From positions 61,288 to 125,287 of the forward strand of contig JBBDYJ010000006.1 of the NCBI GenBank assembly GCA_040901675.1: a stretch of 64,000 nt of DNA. The letters run 5' to 3'. This stretch comes from Pirellulales bacterium (lineage in GTDB: Bacteria; Planctomycetota; Planctomycetia; Pirellulales; JAICIG01). Below are positions 41,536 through 51,863 of this stretch, piece by piece; positions within the stretch are counted from its first letter, which is position 1, and every line of letters starts with the position of its first letter. The notes beneath the pieces were generated by a model, which did no database searches, was not told where the DNA came from, and saw only the letters and a list, made by a program, of their open reading frames with translations. The position numbers and the translations under genes are program-made.

Positions 41536-42180
41536 ATGTTCAATCGCGGTTTGTTTGCGCTGTTTTTGGCCGCGGCGGTGGGCCTGCCCTACCTGGCCAG
41601 CTCGTTTTCGGGAGTTGCCGACCTGCTCAATCCGCGCGGCGCGGCGGAATCGGGCGGCGGGGAGGTGAACGGCGCGCCGGGACGGTCGATTCCCGGAAGG
41701 GCGAACCTGGCCGCGGCCGCCCAGGCAAGCCGAGGCCCCAACGCGGCATCGGGGGTGTATCCCTTGGAGGAGGTGTTTCGCTTCGACGTGACGACCGCCT
41801 GGGTGCTGTCGAAGTGGCCGCGAGTTTCGACCGGCCTGGCGAATCTCGATCTGCAGGGCTACCGGGTTTCTCTGGTCAGCGGCACGCGCCCGGACGACGT
41901 GGCCGGCTCGCTGACGTACTATTTCAATTCGCAGCAGCGCGTGCAGAAGATCACGTTCCAGGGCACGACGGGCGACTCGCGGCGGCTGGTCAGCCTGTTG
42001 GCGGGCCAGCACGGTCTTGTCCGGCAGGTTACCAGCGACCCGGGTTTGTTCCTGTACGAGGCGAAGCGGCAGGGACGGCCGATCAGCCAACTGCGGATCA
42101 AGCCGTCGCAGGTGGTTCGCGCCGATGTTCCGCACGCGCGGTTCGAAGTGGCGCTGCTGCTCGAGAAGCCGGAACGATGA
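41536..42180 (+). CDS. Planctomycete-type hypothetical protein (DUF6690-like)
   Basis: N-terminal anchor; WPRVST...GYRVSLVSGT..DDVAGSLTYYF. Confidence 0.7.
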   Translation: MFNRGLFALFLAAAVGLPYLASSFSGVADLLNPRGAAESGGGEVNGAPGRSIPGRANLAAAAQASRGPNAASGVYPLEEVFRFDVTTAWVLSKWPRVSTGLANLDLQGYRVSLVSGTRPDDVAGSLTYYFNSQQRVQKITFQGTTGDSRRLVSLLAGQHGLVRQVTSDPGLFLYEAKRQGRPISQLRIKPSQVVRADVPHARFEVALLLEKPER

Positions 42181-42181
42181 G

Positions 42182-43108
42182 TCATTCGCCGGGGGGCTCG
42201 TACTCGAAGTCCTTCCACTTCATGGGGCGGCGGAACGGCTCGATGCGGAGCACGACTTCGCCGTTCTGAAAGATCCGCACGGTACCGTTGGATTCGCTGA
42301 CCGCCACCGCCACCGCCTTGGTGGCCCGGCTGATCGCGGCGGCGGCCCAATGCCGGGCGCCCAGCCCCTTGGAAAGCGTGATGTTGGCGGCCGAAGCATC
42401 GAGGTACTGGGCGGCGGCCTCGACCGTGCCATCCGGCGCGACGATGATGGCGCCATCCATTTGGGCGATTTCCTTGATTCCTTCCCGCACGCGGGCCGAC
42501 TTCAGGTTCCGCTCCTTGCGGCTATAACCCTTGACCGGATCAAAGCTGGCCGAGCGGCTCATCTTGCGGACCTTCTGGGTGTCGCCGACGACGAACATCG
42601 TGCCCACCGGCTTGCCCTCGCGCCCCTCGCGGCCGATTTCCAGGGCCAGGTTCACGACCGTCTGCAACGTATCGAGCGGGACCCGCGTTTCAAGCTGCTG
42701 CAGGTCGCGCACGGTCAGCCTGCCCAGGTGGTCGCCCAGGTCGATGACGCTGATCGAGTCGATGGTGCGGGCCTCAAAGCCGCTGTAGAGGGCGACGACC
42801 CGGGCTCCCGGCACCAGGATTTCGTCGGCCACGGCCTCGAGCAAGGCCTGCGACAGCTTGTCGTAGACCGGGCTCTCCGGCATGTCGAGCACCACGATGG
42901 CCAGACCGGCCTCGCTGGCTCCGGCGAGTTGCTCCGGAGCGTCGGCGGCGACTAGAACCCGCTGGCCGGCGGCGTGCTGTTTCAACTGCTGCCACTCGGT
43001 GGGCCCGTCCAAGAGCAGCAACAGTGCATTGGCGGCCGACGACTTGGCCAGGCGGACGGCCGCATCGTACACGGTCTCGAATTCGTCGTTGAATTTCAGC
43101 GGCTGCAT
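42182..43108 (-). CDS. Diadenylate cyclase (DisA_N/DAC domain)
   Basis: EGREGKPVG, DGAIIV, GLGARH, VSESNG. Confidence 0.88.
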   Translation of the reverse strand: MQPLKFNDEFETVYDAAVRLAKSSAANALLLLLDGPTEWQQLKQHAAGQRVLVAADAPEQLAGASEAGLAIVVLDMPESPVYDKLSQALLEAVADEILVPGARVVALYSGFEARTIDSISVIDLGDHLGRLTVRDLQQLETRVPLDTLQTVVNLALEIGREGREGKPVGTMFVVGDTQKVRKMSRSASFDPVKGYSRKERNLKSARVREGIKEIAQMDGAIIVAPDGTVEAAAQYLDASAANITLSKGLGARHWAAAAISRATKAVAVAVSESNGTVRIFQNGEVVLRIEPFRRPMKWKDFEYEPPGE

Positions 43109-43253
43109 AAGAAAGCCACTCGCGGAGCGAGTGGACCACATTCCCTACCGGCCCGGTGGTTTCCGGATTCAAAGGTCGGGACGATGGTATGGGGACCCCC
43201 GCGACGGAGTGGCAATATACTAGCCCGAAGCAGTAAGGACCATACGTCGAACG

Positions 43254-43435
43254 AGGAAGGAGGAATAGGAAGGTGGAAGGTGGAAGGTGGAAGGAGGAAT
43301 AAGCGACCGCTGCCTTGTGCTGGCCAGACGGCACATGGAGTGTGCCCGCTATCTAATACGATCTAATACGCCGGCCTCGGGAGCACCAAGCTTCGGTCAA
43401 CGACTCCTCCTTCCTCCTTCCACCTTCCTCCCTTC
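43254..43435. repeat. Inverted GG(A/T)GGAA / TTCC(T/A)CC heptamer arrays enclosing a REP-like palindrome
   Basis: Purine array 43254-43299, GGCACATGGAGTGTGCC at about 43331, pyrimidine array 43405-43435. Confidence 0.75.
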
Positions 43436-44770
43436 CTAGGGGAGGCGCAGCTCGGGCAACAGGAGGGGCGCGTCGTCGTCGCTGTCGGGCGCCGGTTCTT
43501 CGGATTCTTCGGATTCTTCGTCGATGGCCTCGTCGTCCGGCGCCGCTTCGGCGGAGGCTGCGGATTTTCGAGGTTTGGCGGCCACCTTGGCCGGCGGCCG
43601 GCGGCCTTTCGAGACGTCGTCGGGGACCGGCTCGCCGGTTGTTTCGTCGTCGGCCAGCTCCTGGGGCAGCGACGACTCGCTCTCTTTGAAAACCCGCTCG
43701 TCATAAAGCGCCAGGGCGTGCAAGCCGTGGCCCAGCGGTCCGATATCCCAGGTCTTCTGCCGGTTCTGCCAAAGAATAGTAGTCAGGTAATCGACCGCCC
43801 GGACGACGCGGCGATCGCCGAGCATCTCCGGCGGCAGGGAATAGACCATCCATTCCAGGATGTGGCCGGTGGTCTGCAAACGGCGGTCGAGATCGGGGCG
43901 GTCCCCGCGGCGGGCGAACCACTCGGTGCTGAACGAGCCGTCCGGGTTCTGCAGCCCAAAGGTGTATCGATGGTAATCGTCCAGATACCTCTGGGCCCGC
44001 AGGTACTCGCCGTCGATCGGTTCGTCCCTTTTCTGGCGCGTGCGGACCGCATAGCTCAAGCCCATCAGCCGGTGGGTGCCCCCGCAGGCCGCCCCGCGAA
44101 TCGGGGCCTGCAGCTCTTCGCGGATCAAGCGGGGGATCGACCACTCCTGTCCGGCGTCGTTCAGCCAGGTGGCGTCGGAGTCGAGGTAGTGCGAGAGGGC
44201 CAGCAACTTGAAAGTCAGCTCCATGCCGACATCGCAGCCCAGCTTCTCGGACTCGATCAGGTCGGCGATGGTGAAGGCCCTGCCGCCCGACTGCATCGAG
44301 TAGTCGGTCATCACCTTGGATTGGGCCAGGATCGCCAGGAACTGCCCGTGGTGCCCCTGCACCTGCGGGCCCTTGGCCGCCGTGATGCGGCCTCGCTCGA
44401 TCGAGATCAGCGGTCGGTCGCGGCAAGCGCCTGAATAGCACAGCCAACCAATGGCATTCACGGGCCGGCCGCCCGGCCCGCCCCGCAGCAACTCCGCCTC
44501 GACACCGTAGGCGATGATCCAGTGCATCACCTCCCAACAATTGTGGTCGCGATTGTTGACCGGCTTGGTGTAATAGTAGGCCAGCGTGGTACGGATCCGG
44601 CCGCGGAGGCGGTTTTCCGGCGATTCGGGACTCAGGACCCTGGCTCCCGGCAATGGCGGCGCGGCGTCGATCAACGAAGCGGCCGTCTGGCCGCTCGCCG
44701 GCTGCGGCCGGGCCAGGGCACAAACGAGCAGTCCCAGCATCATCCGTCGCGAGAAGTTGATATCCAGCAT
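43436..44770 (-). CDS. Secreted conserved hypothetical protein
   Basis: SRR signal; QGHHGQFLAIL, ACGGTHRL, QNPDGSFS (alpha/alpha-barrel-like), TTGHILEW. Confidence 0.72.
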   Translation of the reverse strand: MLDINFSRRMMLGLLVCALARPQPASGQTAASLIDAAPPLPGARVLSPESPENRLRGRIRTTLAYYYTKPVNNRDHNCWEVMHWIIAYGVEAELLRGGPGGRPVNAIGWLCYSGACRDRPLISIERGRITAAKGPQVQGHHGQFLAILAQSKVMTDYSMQSGGRAFTIADLIESEKLGCDVGMELTFKLLALSHYLDSDATWLNDAGQEWSIPRLIREELQAPIRGAACGGTHRLMGLSYAVRTRQKRDEPIDGEYLRAQRYLDDYHRYTFGLQNPDGSFSTEWFARRGDRPDLDRRLQTTGHILEWMVYSLPPEMLGDRRVVRAVDYLTTILWQNRQKTWDIGPLGHGLHALALYDERVFKESESSLPQELADDETTGEPVPDDVSKGRRPPAKVAAKPRKSAASAEAAPDDEAIDEESEESEEPAPDSDDDAPLLLPELRLP

Positions 44771-45039
44771 GATGTTAATCTTGAGGGGTTGGCCGGGCCG
44801 TTCTATGTTCGCCAGCGGCTGGGTGCCTGTCGAGGGCCTCCACGTCGAATGAGCGGCAAGGTAGCACTGATATCGGTATTTGCGGCACGCTGAATCCAAG
44901 ATCCCGCCCGGAGTTTGCAGTTGCTGGCAGCGCGCAAGCGGGACAGGCGGGGGCTCCAATACTAGCATGGCAGCGGTGCTGGAATCCACCCCGCAGCCAC
45001 GCTTTGCGCCGTGCGGGCAACGGCCCAGCCGCGGGCCCA

Positions 45040-46011
45040 CTACTGGGCTGGCACGAGCGTCTCGTCAGAGGAATCGGAGGGGGCTGTTTGGCCCTCCGGC
45101 ACCGGCTGCGGATCCTCCGTGATTTCTTCGAGGCATCGCACCTGGTTGCGGCCTCCCTTCTTCGAGGCATAGAGACCCTCGTCGGCCCGTTCGATGATCG
45201 ATTCGGGGGTATCGCCGGGGCGAGCCGATGACACTCCTAAGCTAACCGTAATGGCGGTCTGCTCGCTGCTGGTGGCCACGCCGAAATTGGTGCGGGTCGC
45301 CGCCAGGTGGAGCCTTTGGGCCACCTTGAGACCCGTGTCCAGGGACGTTTTGGGCAGCAGGGCCGCAAACTCGTCACCGCCGTAACGGCCCACAAAGTCG
45401 CCTTGGCGGACGACGCTTTTCAGCAGGCTGCCCAACTGCTGCAGGACGCGGTCGCCGGCCTGGTGGCCATAGGTGTCGTTGATCCACTTGAAGTGGTCCA
45501 TATCGGCCAGGATGAGGACAAAGGGCTCTCCTTCGCGCTTGTGATAGCCCAACAGCAACTGCAGCTTGTCGTCGAATGCCTTGCGGTTGGCCACACCCGA
45601 TAGCGAGTCGGTATGGGCTTCGCGGCGGGTGCGATCGAGTTCTTCGGCCTGTTCTTCCATGCGGCAGCGGGCAAAGCCGAGGTCTTCCTCCAGCTTCTGG
45701 TTGGACTCGAGCACGGCGATCACCTGGCCGAGCAGGACCTGGCGGACCTGTTCCAACTCGCCGGAGGCCTTGATGTCGCCCACGTGCCGGTGCACCTCGC
45801 GCATCTCGGTGTTGCGCGAGTCGACATCGGTGGTCAGCGCTTGCACCGAACTGAGCAGGTCGACCAGGGCTGTCAACGCGGCCCTGCGATCCTGTTGCCC
45901 CAGCTTCTCTTTTTCGGCGTGACTCGTGTGACGGCCGATGTAAAAGCCGGCAATCAAGCTGGCAACGACGCTCGCCAGCACCCAGATTGCAATGTGCGTG
46001 AATGCGTTCAC
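45040..46011 (-). CDS. Membrane-anchored diguanylate cyclase
   Basis: TM helix, coiled coil, DMDHFKWIND.YGH, RYGGDEF. Confidence 0.92.
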   Translation of the reverse strand: MNAFTHIAIWVLASVVASLIAGFYIGRHTSHAEKEKLGQQDRRAALTALVDLLSSVQALTTDVDSRNTEMREVHRHVGDIKASGELEQVRQVLLGQVIAVLESNQKLEEDLGFARCRMEEQAEELDRTRREAHTDSLSGVANRKAFDDKLQLLLGYHKREGEPFVLILADMDHFKWINDTYGHQAGDRVLQQLGSLLKSVVRQGDFVGRYGGDEFAALLPKTSLDTGLKVAQRLHLAATRTNFGVATSSEQTAITVSLGVSSARPGDTPESIIERADEGLYASKKGGRNQVRCLEEITEDPQPVPEGQTAPSDSSDETLVPAQ

Positions 46012-46094
46012 GGACCTCTACCCCCCCCCTGCCAGAACCGCTCAAAAAACTATAGGACACAAAAAAAGCGGCTCTCGCCAAGCAGACCGCATAA

Positions 46095-46793
46095 TCAGAA
46101 CCATTGGCGCAACCGAGCAGCGAAAGAAGGAGTCTCTGGCCGCTCGCCTTGAACGTACTGCCGCCATGCGTTCACGTCGTTGCCGAAGTTCTCGCCCGTG
46201 ACCCGCTTCAACGATTGGACGGCCCGATACTGCAAAGCCGGATCCTCGTCTTCCAGGACCGGGGCCAGCGCCGCCACGGCTTGGGGATCGTTCAGGTCGC
46301 CGAGGGCCCGGGCAGCCGCCAGCCGCACGTCGTTGTCGGCATCGCAGCGGACCGCTTCGGCCAGGACGTCGAGCGCCTGCGGCCCTCCCCGGCGAGCCCA
46401 GGCGTCGCAGCACGCCACCCGCACGTCCGGATCGGGGTCGTGCATGGCGGCCCGCATCGGCGGCTCCGCGGCGGGCGCGTCAAGAACGGCCAGCGTCCGT
46501 AGAATGTGTCCGCGAACGAGTGGTTCCGGCTCGCTTGCCAGTTTCTGGGACAACCCGGCGGCCAACCTTTGCTGCTCATCGGGCGGCATGCCGTCGATCC
46601 GTTTGGCCGATTCGCCGAGTGCTTTGATCCGATCGGCGGCCGTCTCGATGCGCGGCCCGCTGGGTTGGGGTTTTCCGAACAGCGCCAAGCCCGGCGGCCC
46701 GCTGCGGCTGCCCGATCCAGCGCAACCGGCCAGCGCCAGCGCAGCCAGGCAAGCCAATAAAACCAGCGATGAGTGTGCTCTTGTGCCGCGCAT
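46095..46793 (-). CDS. HEAT-repeat lipoprotein
   Basis: LAGC lipobox; D.D.DVR..A..ALG repeats. Confidence 0.82.
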   Translation of the reverse strand: MRGTRAHSSLVLLACLAALALAGCAGSGSRSGPPGLALFGKPQPSGPRIETAADRIKALGESAKRIDGMPPDEQQRLAAGLSQKLASEPEPLVRGHILRTLAVLDAPAAEPPMRAAMHDPDPDVRVACCDAWARRGGPQALDVLAEAVRCDADNDVRLAAARALGDLNDPQAVAALAPVLEDEDPALQYRAVQSLKRVTGENFGNDVNAWRQYVQGERPETPSFAARLRQWF

Positions 46794-47016
46794 TGAGTCC
46801 GGTACGGTGCCCAACGGCACACTGCTGTTTTTGCCGGGACCGCGGGTTGTCCCTGCCTGTTCCAAGGCCGGGAGAACGGCCCGGAACCTGCGAGGCGGGA
46901 CTATAGCAAGGGGCCGTACTGAAGCCAAGATGAGTCGGCTGCTGGTTGCCGCTGGGCTTCAAGCGGATAGACTCCTGGTGGCCCGTTGGGTTGTGCTTGG
47001 CTAGGTTGGGCGGTTC

Positions 47017-48636
47017 GTGAGAGTGGGTGAATCGCGTCGAATGCATAAAACGGCACGAATGGTGCCGCTGGGCGCTGCTTTAGCGATTCTGGTTGTGCTG
47101 CTGGTAACCGCGGCCGACCAGCGCACCTTGCGGCTGGCGGCCAACACACTGTGGTTGTGCGGCCTGGTGGTCGCCATCAGCGTCCCGCTGGGCACGGCCC
47201 TGGCAGTCATGCTGGCCCGCACCGACCTGCCGGGCCGGCGGGGATTGGCTGTTTTGCTGGCGGGTTTGCTGCTGCTGCCGCTCTACTTGCAGACGGCGGC
47301 CTGGCAAGCCGGCTTCGGCACGATGGGCTGGTTCAGCCTGACGTTTTCGGCGCCCGTGCTGCTGGAAGGCTGGCCCGGCGCCGTCTGGGTGCACGCCGTG
47401 GCCGGGCTTCCCTGGGTGACGTTGATCGTCTCGGCCGGGCTGATCTACATTCCGCGCGAACTGGAAGAGGCCGCCTTGATGGACGGCAGCCCAGGCCAGG
47501 TACTGCGCCGGGTGACACTGCGGCGAGCGTGGGCAGCCGTGGGCGTGGCGGCCTTGTGGGTGGCAGTGAGCACCGCAAGCGAGATAACAGTCACCGACCT
47601 GTTTCAGGTACGCACCTATGCCGAGGAGCTGTACGTGGAGTTTGCCATCGGGGGCGAACCGGGACAGCCGCCGCTGGGCGCGATTGGAAGCACGGCAGTC
47701 GTTGCCCTGTTGGTGGTGGCCGCGCTGGCACTTGCCGCCGGCATGGGACCCTTGGTGCGGCACGCCACGCAGCAGTCCGCCTTGGGCGGACTGGTATTCG
47801 GCTTGGGCCGCTGGCGCTGGCCGGCCGCCCTGGTTGTGGCGCTGGTCGTACTGGCGGTGGTGGGCGTGCCGCTGGCCAGCCTGGCCTGGAAAGCGGGGGT
47901 GGAGGTGCGGCAAAGCGGTCTCGAGCGGACGCGCGAGTGGTCGCTGGCAAAATGCCTCTCGATCGTGGCCACCAGCCCGCTGCGTTACCAGCGGCCCTTG
48001 TTCTGGTCGGCCATTCTCGGTTGCCTGGCGGCGAGCACGGCCGTGGTGGCGGCAGTGGGCCTGGCGTGGGCCGGCCGGCGGCAGGGCCTGCGGGCGCTGC
48101 CCGCGCTGGTGCTGGCGGCACTGTCGCTGGCGGTGCCCGGACCGCTGGTAGGCCTGGGGCTGATATGGGTCTTGAACAGCCCGGATCTCGATTGGACCGC
48201 CTGGCTGTACGACCGCTCGATCGCAGCTCCCTGGGCCGCCTTGACGGTGCGGGCCTTTCCGCCCGCGCTGTTGATCGTCTGGCAGGCATTGGCCAGCGTG
48301 CCGGACGACCAGGTCGATAGCGCGGCGCTCGAAGGGGCCGGTCGGATGGGCATCGTGCGGCGGGTGGTCTTGCCGCAGCGGCTGGCCGCCTTGGGGGTCG
48401 CCTGGTTGATTGCGCTGGCCGTCGCCCTGGGGGAATTGGGAGCCAGCATTCTTGTCGTGCCGCCGGGCGTGGTGACGCTGTCGATCGAGGTCTTCAACTT
48501 GCTGCACGGGGGTTACGAGGACGAGGTGGCCGGGATTTGCCTGGCCGTCTTCGCGGGCTGCCAGCTCATGGCGTGTATCGTGGTATGGCTGGCGGTCAGG
48601 GCGGCGGCCAGGCGGGCCGAACGGTTTAGCGGTTGA
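47017..48636 (+). CDS. ABC transporter permease (FbpB/ThiP-type, two TM domains)
   Basis: RTDLPGR, ELEEAALMDG and second EAA-like loop VDSAALEGA. Confidence 0.85.
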   Translation: MRVGESRRMHKTARMVPLGAALAILVVLLVTAADQRTLRLAANTLWLCGLVVAISVPLGTALAVMLARTDLPGRRGLAVLLAGLLLLPLYLQTAAWQAGFGTMGWFSLTFSAPVLLEGWPGAVWVHAVAGLPWVTLIVSAGLIYIPRELEEAALMDGSPGQVLRRVTLRRAWAAVGVAALWVAVSTASEITVTDLFQVRTYAEELYVEFAIGGEPGQPPLGAIGSTAVVALLVVAALALAAGMGPLVRHATQQSALGGLVFGLGRWRWPAALVVALVVLAVVGVPLASLAWKAGVEVRQSGLERTREWSLAKCLSIVATSPLRYQRPLFWSAILGCLAASTAVVAAVGLAWAGRRQGLRALPALVLAALSLAVPGPLVGLGLIWVLNSPDLDWTAWLYDRSIAAPWAALTVRAFPPALLIVWQALASVPDDQVDSAALEGAGRMGIVRRVVLPQRLAALGVAWLIALAVALGELGASILVVPPGVVTLSIEVFNLLHGGYEDEVAGICLAVFAGCQLMACIVVWLAVRAAARRAERFSG

Positions 48637-48789
48637 CTCCGCGTGAAGCGGGTCATAGACTCCGCCGCCCTTGACCGCGCGGATTTATCTCGACGGGCGC
48701 CGGCGGTCTGCTAGGGTAGAAGGAAAGGCAGCTTTTTTTCGCGCGGGCGGAACCTGGCTGTTCAAGATCGTTTTCGCGACGAGGCAGGC

Positions 48790-49968
48790 GTGCGGCGCGC
48801 CCGGTTCGGTACTCTGTTGAAGCACCCTCGATTCATCCTTTCGATGCTGCTTGCGCCGGTGCTGGCCGCGGTGACGCCGGCCGGCGCCGTGGAGCGGGTG
48901 ATTCTGCGCCGGGACGGCCGGGAGCAGGAGATCACCGGTCAACTGCTGGTGACGGCCCAGGACAAGGGGATGCTGATCCTGGCTCCGGATGCCACGTTGT
49001 GGACGGTCGAGCCGGACGAATTGATCGAGCACGAATCGGTGGAGGCGGCCTTTCAGCCGCTGAGCGCGGCGGAAATGGCCGAGCGGTTGCTCGCCGAACT
49101 GCCGGCGGGATTTGAGATCCACACCACGCAGCGCTACCTGATCTGCCATAACACGTCGCGGGCGTACGCCCAATGGTGCGGGGCGCTGTTCGAACGGTTG
49201 TACTTTGCCTTCAGCAATTACTGGAGGCGTAAAGGCTTTGACATCTCGGAGCCGCAATTCCCCCTGGTGGCCCTGGTGTTCGCCGATCGCCAGTCGTATG
49301 CCGGTTATGCCCGCGGCGAGCTGGGCGAGTCGACCGACGCGATCATCGGCTACTACAGCCTGCGCTCGAACCGGATGACGATGTACGATCTGACGGGCAT
49401 CGCGTCGTTGCGGCGGCCGGGGGACCGGCGATCATCGGCTGCACAGATCAACGCGATGCTGGCCCGCCCCGAGGCGGAGCGGACCGTGGCCACGATCATT
49501 CACGAAGCGACGCACCAGATCGCCTTCAATTGCGGGCTGCAGACCCGCTACGCCGACATTCCCTTGTGGGTCAGCGAGGGGATCGCCGTTTTTTTCGAAA
49601 CGCCCGACCTGGGCAGCTCGAAGGGCTGGCGGACCGTCGGCGCGGTGAACCGTGTGCGCCTGGCCGCGTTTCGCAATTATCTGCGGCGCCGGCCGGCCGA
49701 CTCGCTGGCCACGCTGATCGCCGACGACAAGCGGCTGCGCGACGCGCGCCAAGCGAACGACGCCTATGCCGAGGCCTGGGCGCTGAACTATTTTCTGCTT
49801 CGCAAGCGCCCCCAGGAGTACGTGGCCTACCTGACGGTGCTGTCCGAAAAGCGGCAACTCGTCTGGGACGATCCGGCCGCGCGGCTGGCCGAGTTCAGGC
49901 GGGCCTTCGGCCAAGACCTCGAGCGTCTGGACCAGGACTTCTTGCGGCACATGAGCGGGGTGCGGTGA
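48790..49968 (+). CDS. DUF1570 protein (putative zinc metallopeptidase)
   Basis: IIHEATHQ HExxH motif, PLWVSEGIA, YAEAWAL. Confidence 0.85.
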   Translation: MRRARFGTLLKHPRFILSMLLAPVLAAVTPAGAVERVILRRDGREQEITGQLLVTAQDKGMLILAPDATLWTVEPDELIEHESVEAAFQPLSAAEMAERLLAELPAGFEIHTTQRYLICHNTSRAYAQWCGALFERLYFAFSNYWRRKGFDISEPQFPLVALVFADRQSYAGYARGELGESTDAIIGYYSLRSNRMTMYDLTGIASLRRPGDRRSSAAQINAMLARPEAERTVATIIHEATHQIAFNCGLQTRYADIPLWVSEGIAVFFETPDLGSSKGWRTVGAVNRVRLAAFRNYLRRRPADSLATLIADDKRLRDARQANDAYAEAWALNYFLLRKRPQEYVAYLTVLSEKRQLVWDDPAARLAEFRRAFGQDLERLDQDFLRHMSGVR

Positions 49969-50124
49969 GAGGTCAGATGTCAGAGGTCAGAAATCAGAAG
50001 TGTGGCGACTTCAGCTACCAACAGGGGAGGGGCGCAGCACTCTTGACTGACGCCGGCTATCCGCCGGCCGCCCGAGACGGATCAACGCGTGGCACGTCGT
50101 CCCGGCGATTGTGCTTCGCCTCGA

Positions 50125-50766
50125 TCACAATTCGATTACAGCGGCGACAATCTTGTAGCAGAGCTCGGGCTTCGACCCGTCGCGAGGAGCCCACGGTTTC
50201 GCCAGGCTGACCGTTAGAAGGCTCTGGCTGCTCACCGGGTCGCCGCCTTCCAACCGCCGCGTGGTCGTTGCCTCCGTGATCTTCAGGTAATATTCGTTCC
50301 CCGCGGAGTCCTGAAATCTTGCACGCCAGCGGTGTTGATCCCAGTGGTCGTGCTCAAACTTGAGCCTTCGTGGCTTGATCAGCCGAAGGGATGCCCACTG
50401 CTCCGGTGGAAGTCTGTCAAGAACGCGGGGTGACACGCGGTCGTTCCTGCTGTGCAAGATAGGCGAGGTATCGTCACAATAGTCGCGCAGGTTGGCCGAG
50501 CGGAGTCGCCCGACGATGGACCAGTCCCAATTCTTGATAATTCGATTCTCGCGTTGAAAACGTGGCGTCTCTTTCGGCCGCGCGAGATCGACTTCGAATA
50601 TATCAAGCGGCGCCAGCAACCTGTCGCCGATAATGCACCTGCCGGTTGGGACGGCGTCAAGATCGCGCGGCACCGGTCGAATCCATTCTCCGGAGTCCAA
50701 GTCGATCCCCGCGATACATTGCCCGCCGGGCCTCTCCGAATTCGCCAGACAGACGAGGCGAGCCAT
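50125..50766 (-). CDS. Dual-OB-fold-like hypothetical protein
   Basis: LVCLANS..PGG.CIAG...WIRPV, ENR, SL.LI, R..F, LKIT, VSL..P...CYKIVA.V; recalled as the usual DUF488 neighbour. Confidence 0.72.
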   Translation of the reverse strand: MARLVCLANSERPGGQCIAGIDLDSGEWIRPVPRDLDAVPTGRCIIGDRLLAPLDIFEVDLARPKETPRFQRENRIIKNWDWSIVGRLRSANLRDYCDDTSPILHSRNDRVSPRVLDRLPPEQWASLRLIKPRRLKFEHDHWDQHRWRARFQDSAGNEYYLKITEATTTRRLEGGDPVSSQSLLTVSLAKPWAPRDGSKPELCYKIVAAVIEL

Positions 50767-50781
50767 GCGAGCCTCTTCACC

Positions 50782-51252
50782 TTAGAGATGCTGGACGTCT
50801 ACATTGCCCCAATGCGCTTTGAGATACTCGGCAACCAGGCGTCGATGGCAGTGTTCGGGCGTCGGCTCGCTGCACAGCAGGCAAGCGTGGTCGAGCTCAT
50901 CGGGACTCAGTTGCTTATCAGGCTGGCGTGACTCCATGAGTTGGCCGAAACACCGCTCGTATTCGTCCCAGGCAATCCGCTTCTTTTTATACCCGTCGAG
51001 GATGTCCTTCGTGGGAGCCAATTGCACATCATGGACATAGTCGATGTCCGCGATCGCACGCAGGAAATACTCAAGGTCGCGTTTCTTTGCGAAGCCGGCG
51101 AGTTGCGAGACGTTATTCAGCCGAGTATCGACGAGGCGTCGGACGCCGGCGCGACGGAGCTTCTCAAAGAATTCCTTGGCTGATTTTCCCGTGAAGCCGA
51201 TAGTAAACAAAGTGATCGTCTTCTTCCCCTCGACGGTTGCCGTCTCGTTCAC
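50782..51252 (-). CDS. DUF488-family protein (short type)
   Basis: FTIGF, VDTRL..SQLAGFAK, LAP, LLCSEPTPEHCHRRLVAE. Confidence 0.9.
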   Translation of the reverse strand: MNETATVEGKKTITLFTIGFTGKSAKEFFEKLRRAGVRRLVDTRLNNVSQLAGFAKKRDLEYFLRAIADIDYVHDVQLAPTKDILDGYKKKRIAWDEYERCFGQLMESRQPDKQLSPDELDHACLLCSEPTPEHCHRRLVAEYLKAHWGNVDVQHL

Positions 51253-51863
51253 TGAGGCACTCCTTCCTCGTTGCTGCGGTAGGCGATCTGCTGGGCACGC
51301 TTGTCGTAGGCTTGTTGAACCAGTTGCTCATCGTCCAGGTCCGGCTCAAACAGACTGCGGAAAACGTTCATCTGACGAACCAGACGTTTCTCGGTCTCGG
51401 CGTGGTCTTCGGCCGTGCCGTCGGCCAGTACGTGCATGATTTGACACTCGTCCCGCAGTTCTCGGCAAATCAGGATTGTCCGATGGCAATCAAGCGGGTC
51501 TTTCTCGGAGCACATCAGGGCGATTCGAAACTGCGCGATGCCCCGGCGCAGGCGGGCAAGGCCTTCCTGGAACTTTGGCAGTGCGGCTATTCGGTGATAA
51601 ACGGCCCGGTCCCCCTCATAGCATTCAGCTTCGATTCGCCGCGCTCCCAGTTCTTCCCCAAGAAAAACGTACCGGACGCCGGCAGCTTCCAGCGCGGGGG
51701 CGAGCTGCTCGCGGTTGAATTGTTCCAATCGTCGGCTATAAGGATGAGAACGCACATCAGCGAGAACGTTCACGCCGTGCTGCCTTAATAAGCCAAGGAA
51801 GGCGTCGAACGAATGCGTCGTGTGGCCAATCGTTACAAGTATGGGTCGCGTGGGATTCATCAT
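51249..51863 (-). CDS. DUF488-family protein (long type)
   Basis: TIGH, ADVRSHPYS, LGAR, LMCSEKDPLDCHR; GTGA overlap with the next gene. Confidence 0.9.
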   Translation of the reverse strand: MMNPTRPILVTIGHTTHSFDAFLGLLRQHGVNVLADVRSHPYSRRLEQFNREQLAPALEAAGVRYVFLGEELGARRIEAECYEGDRAVYHRIAALPKFQEGLARLRRGIAQFRIALMCSEKDPLDCHRTILICRELRDECQIMHVLADGTAEDHAETEKRLVRQMNVFRSLFEPDLDDEQLVQQAYDKRAQQIAYRSNEEGVPQ

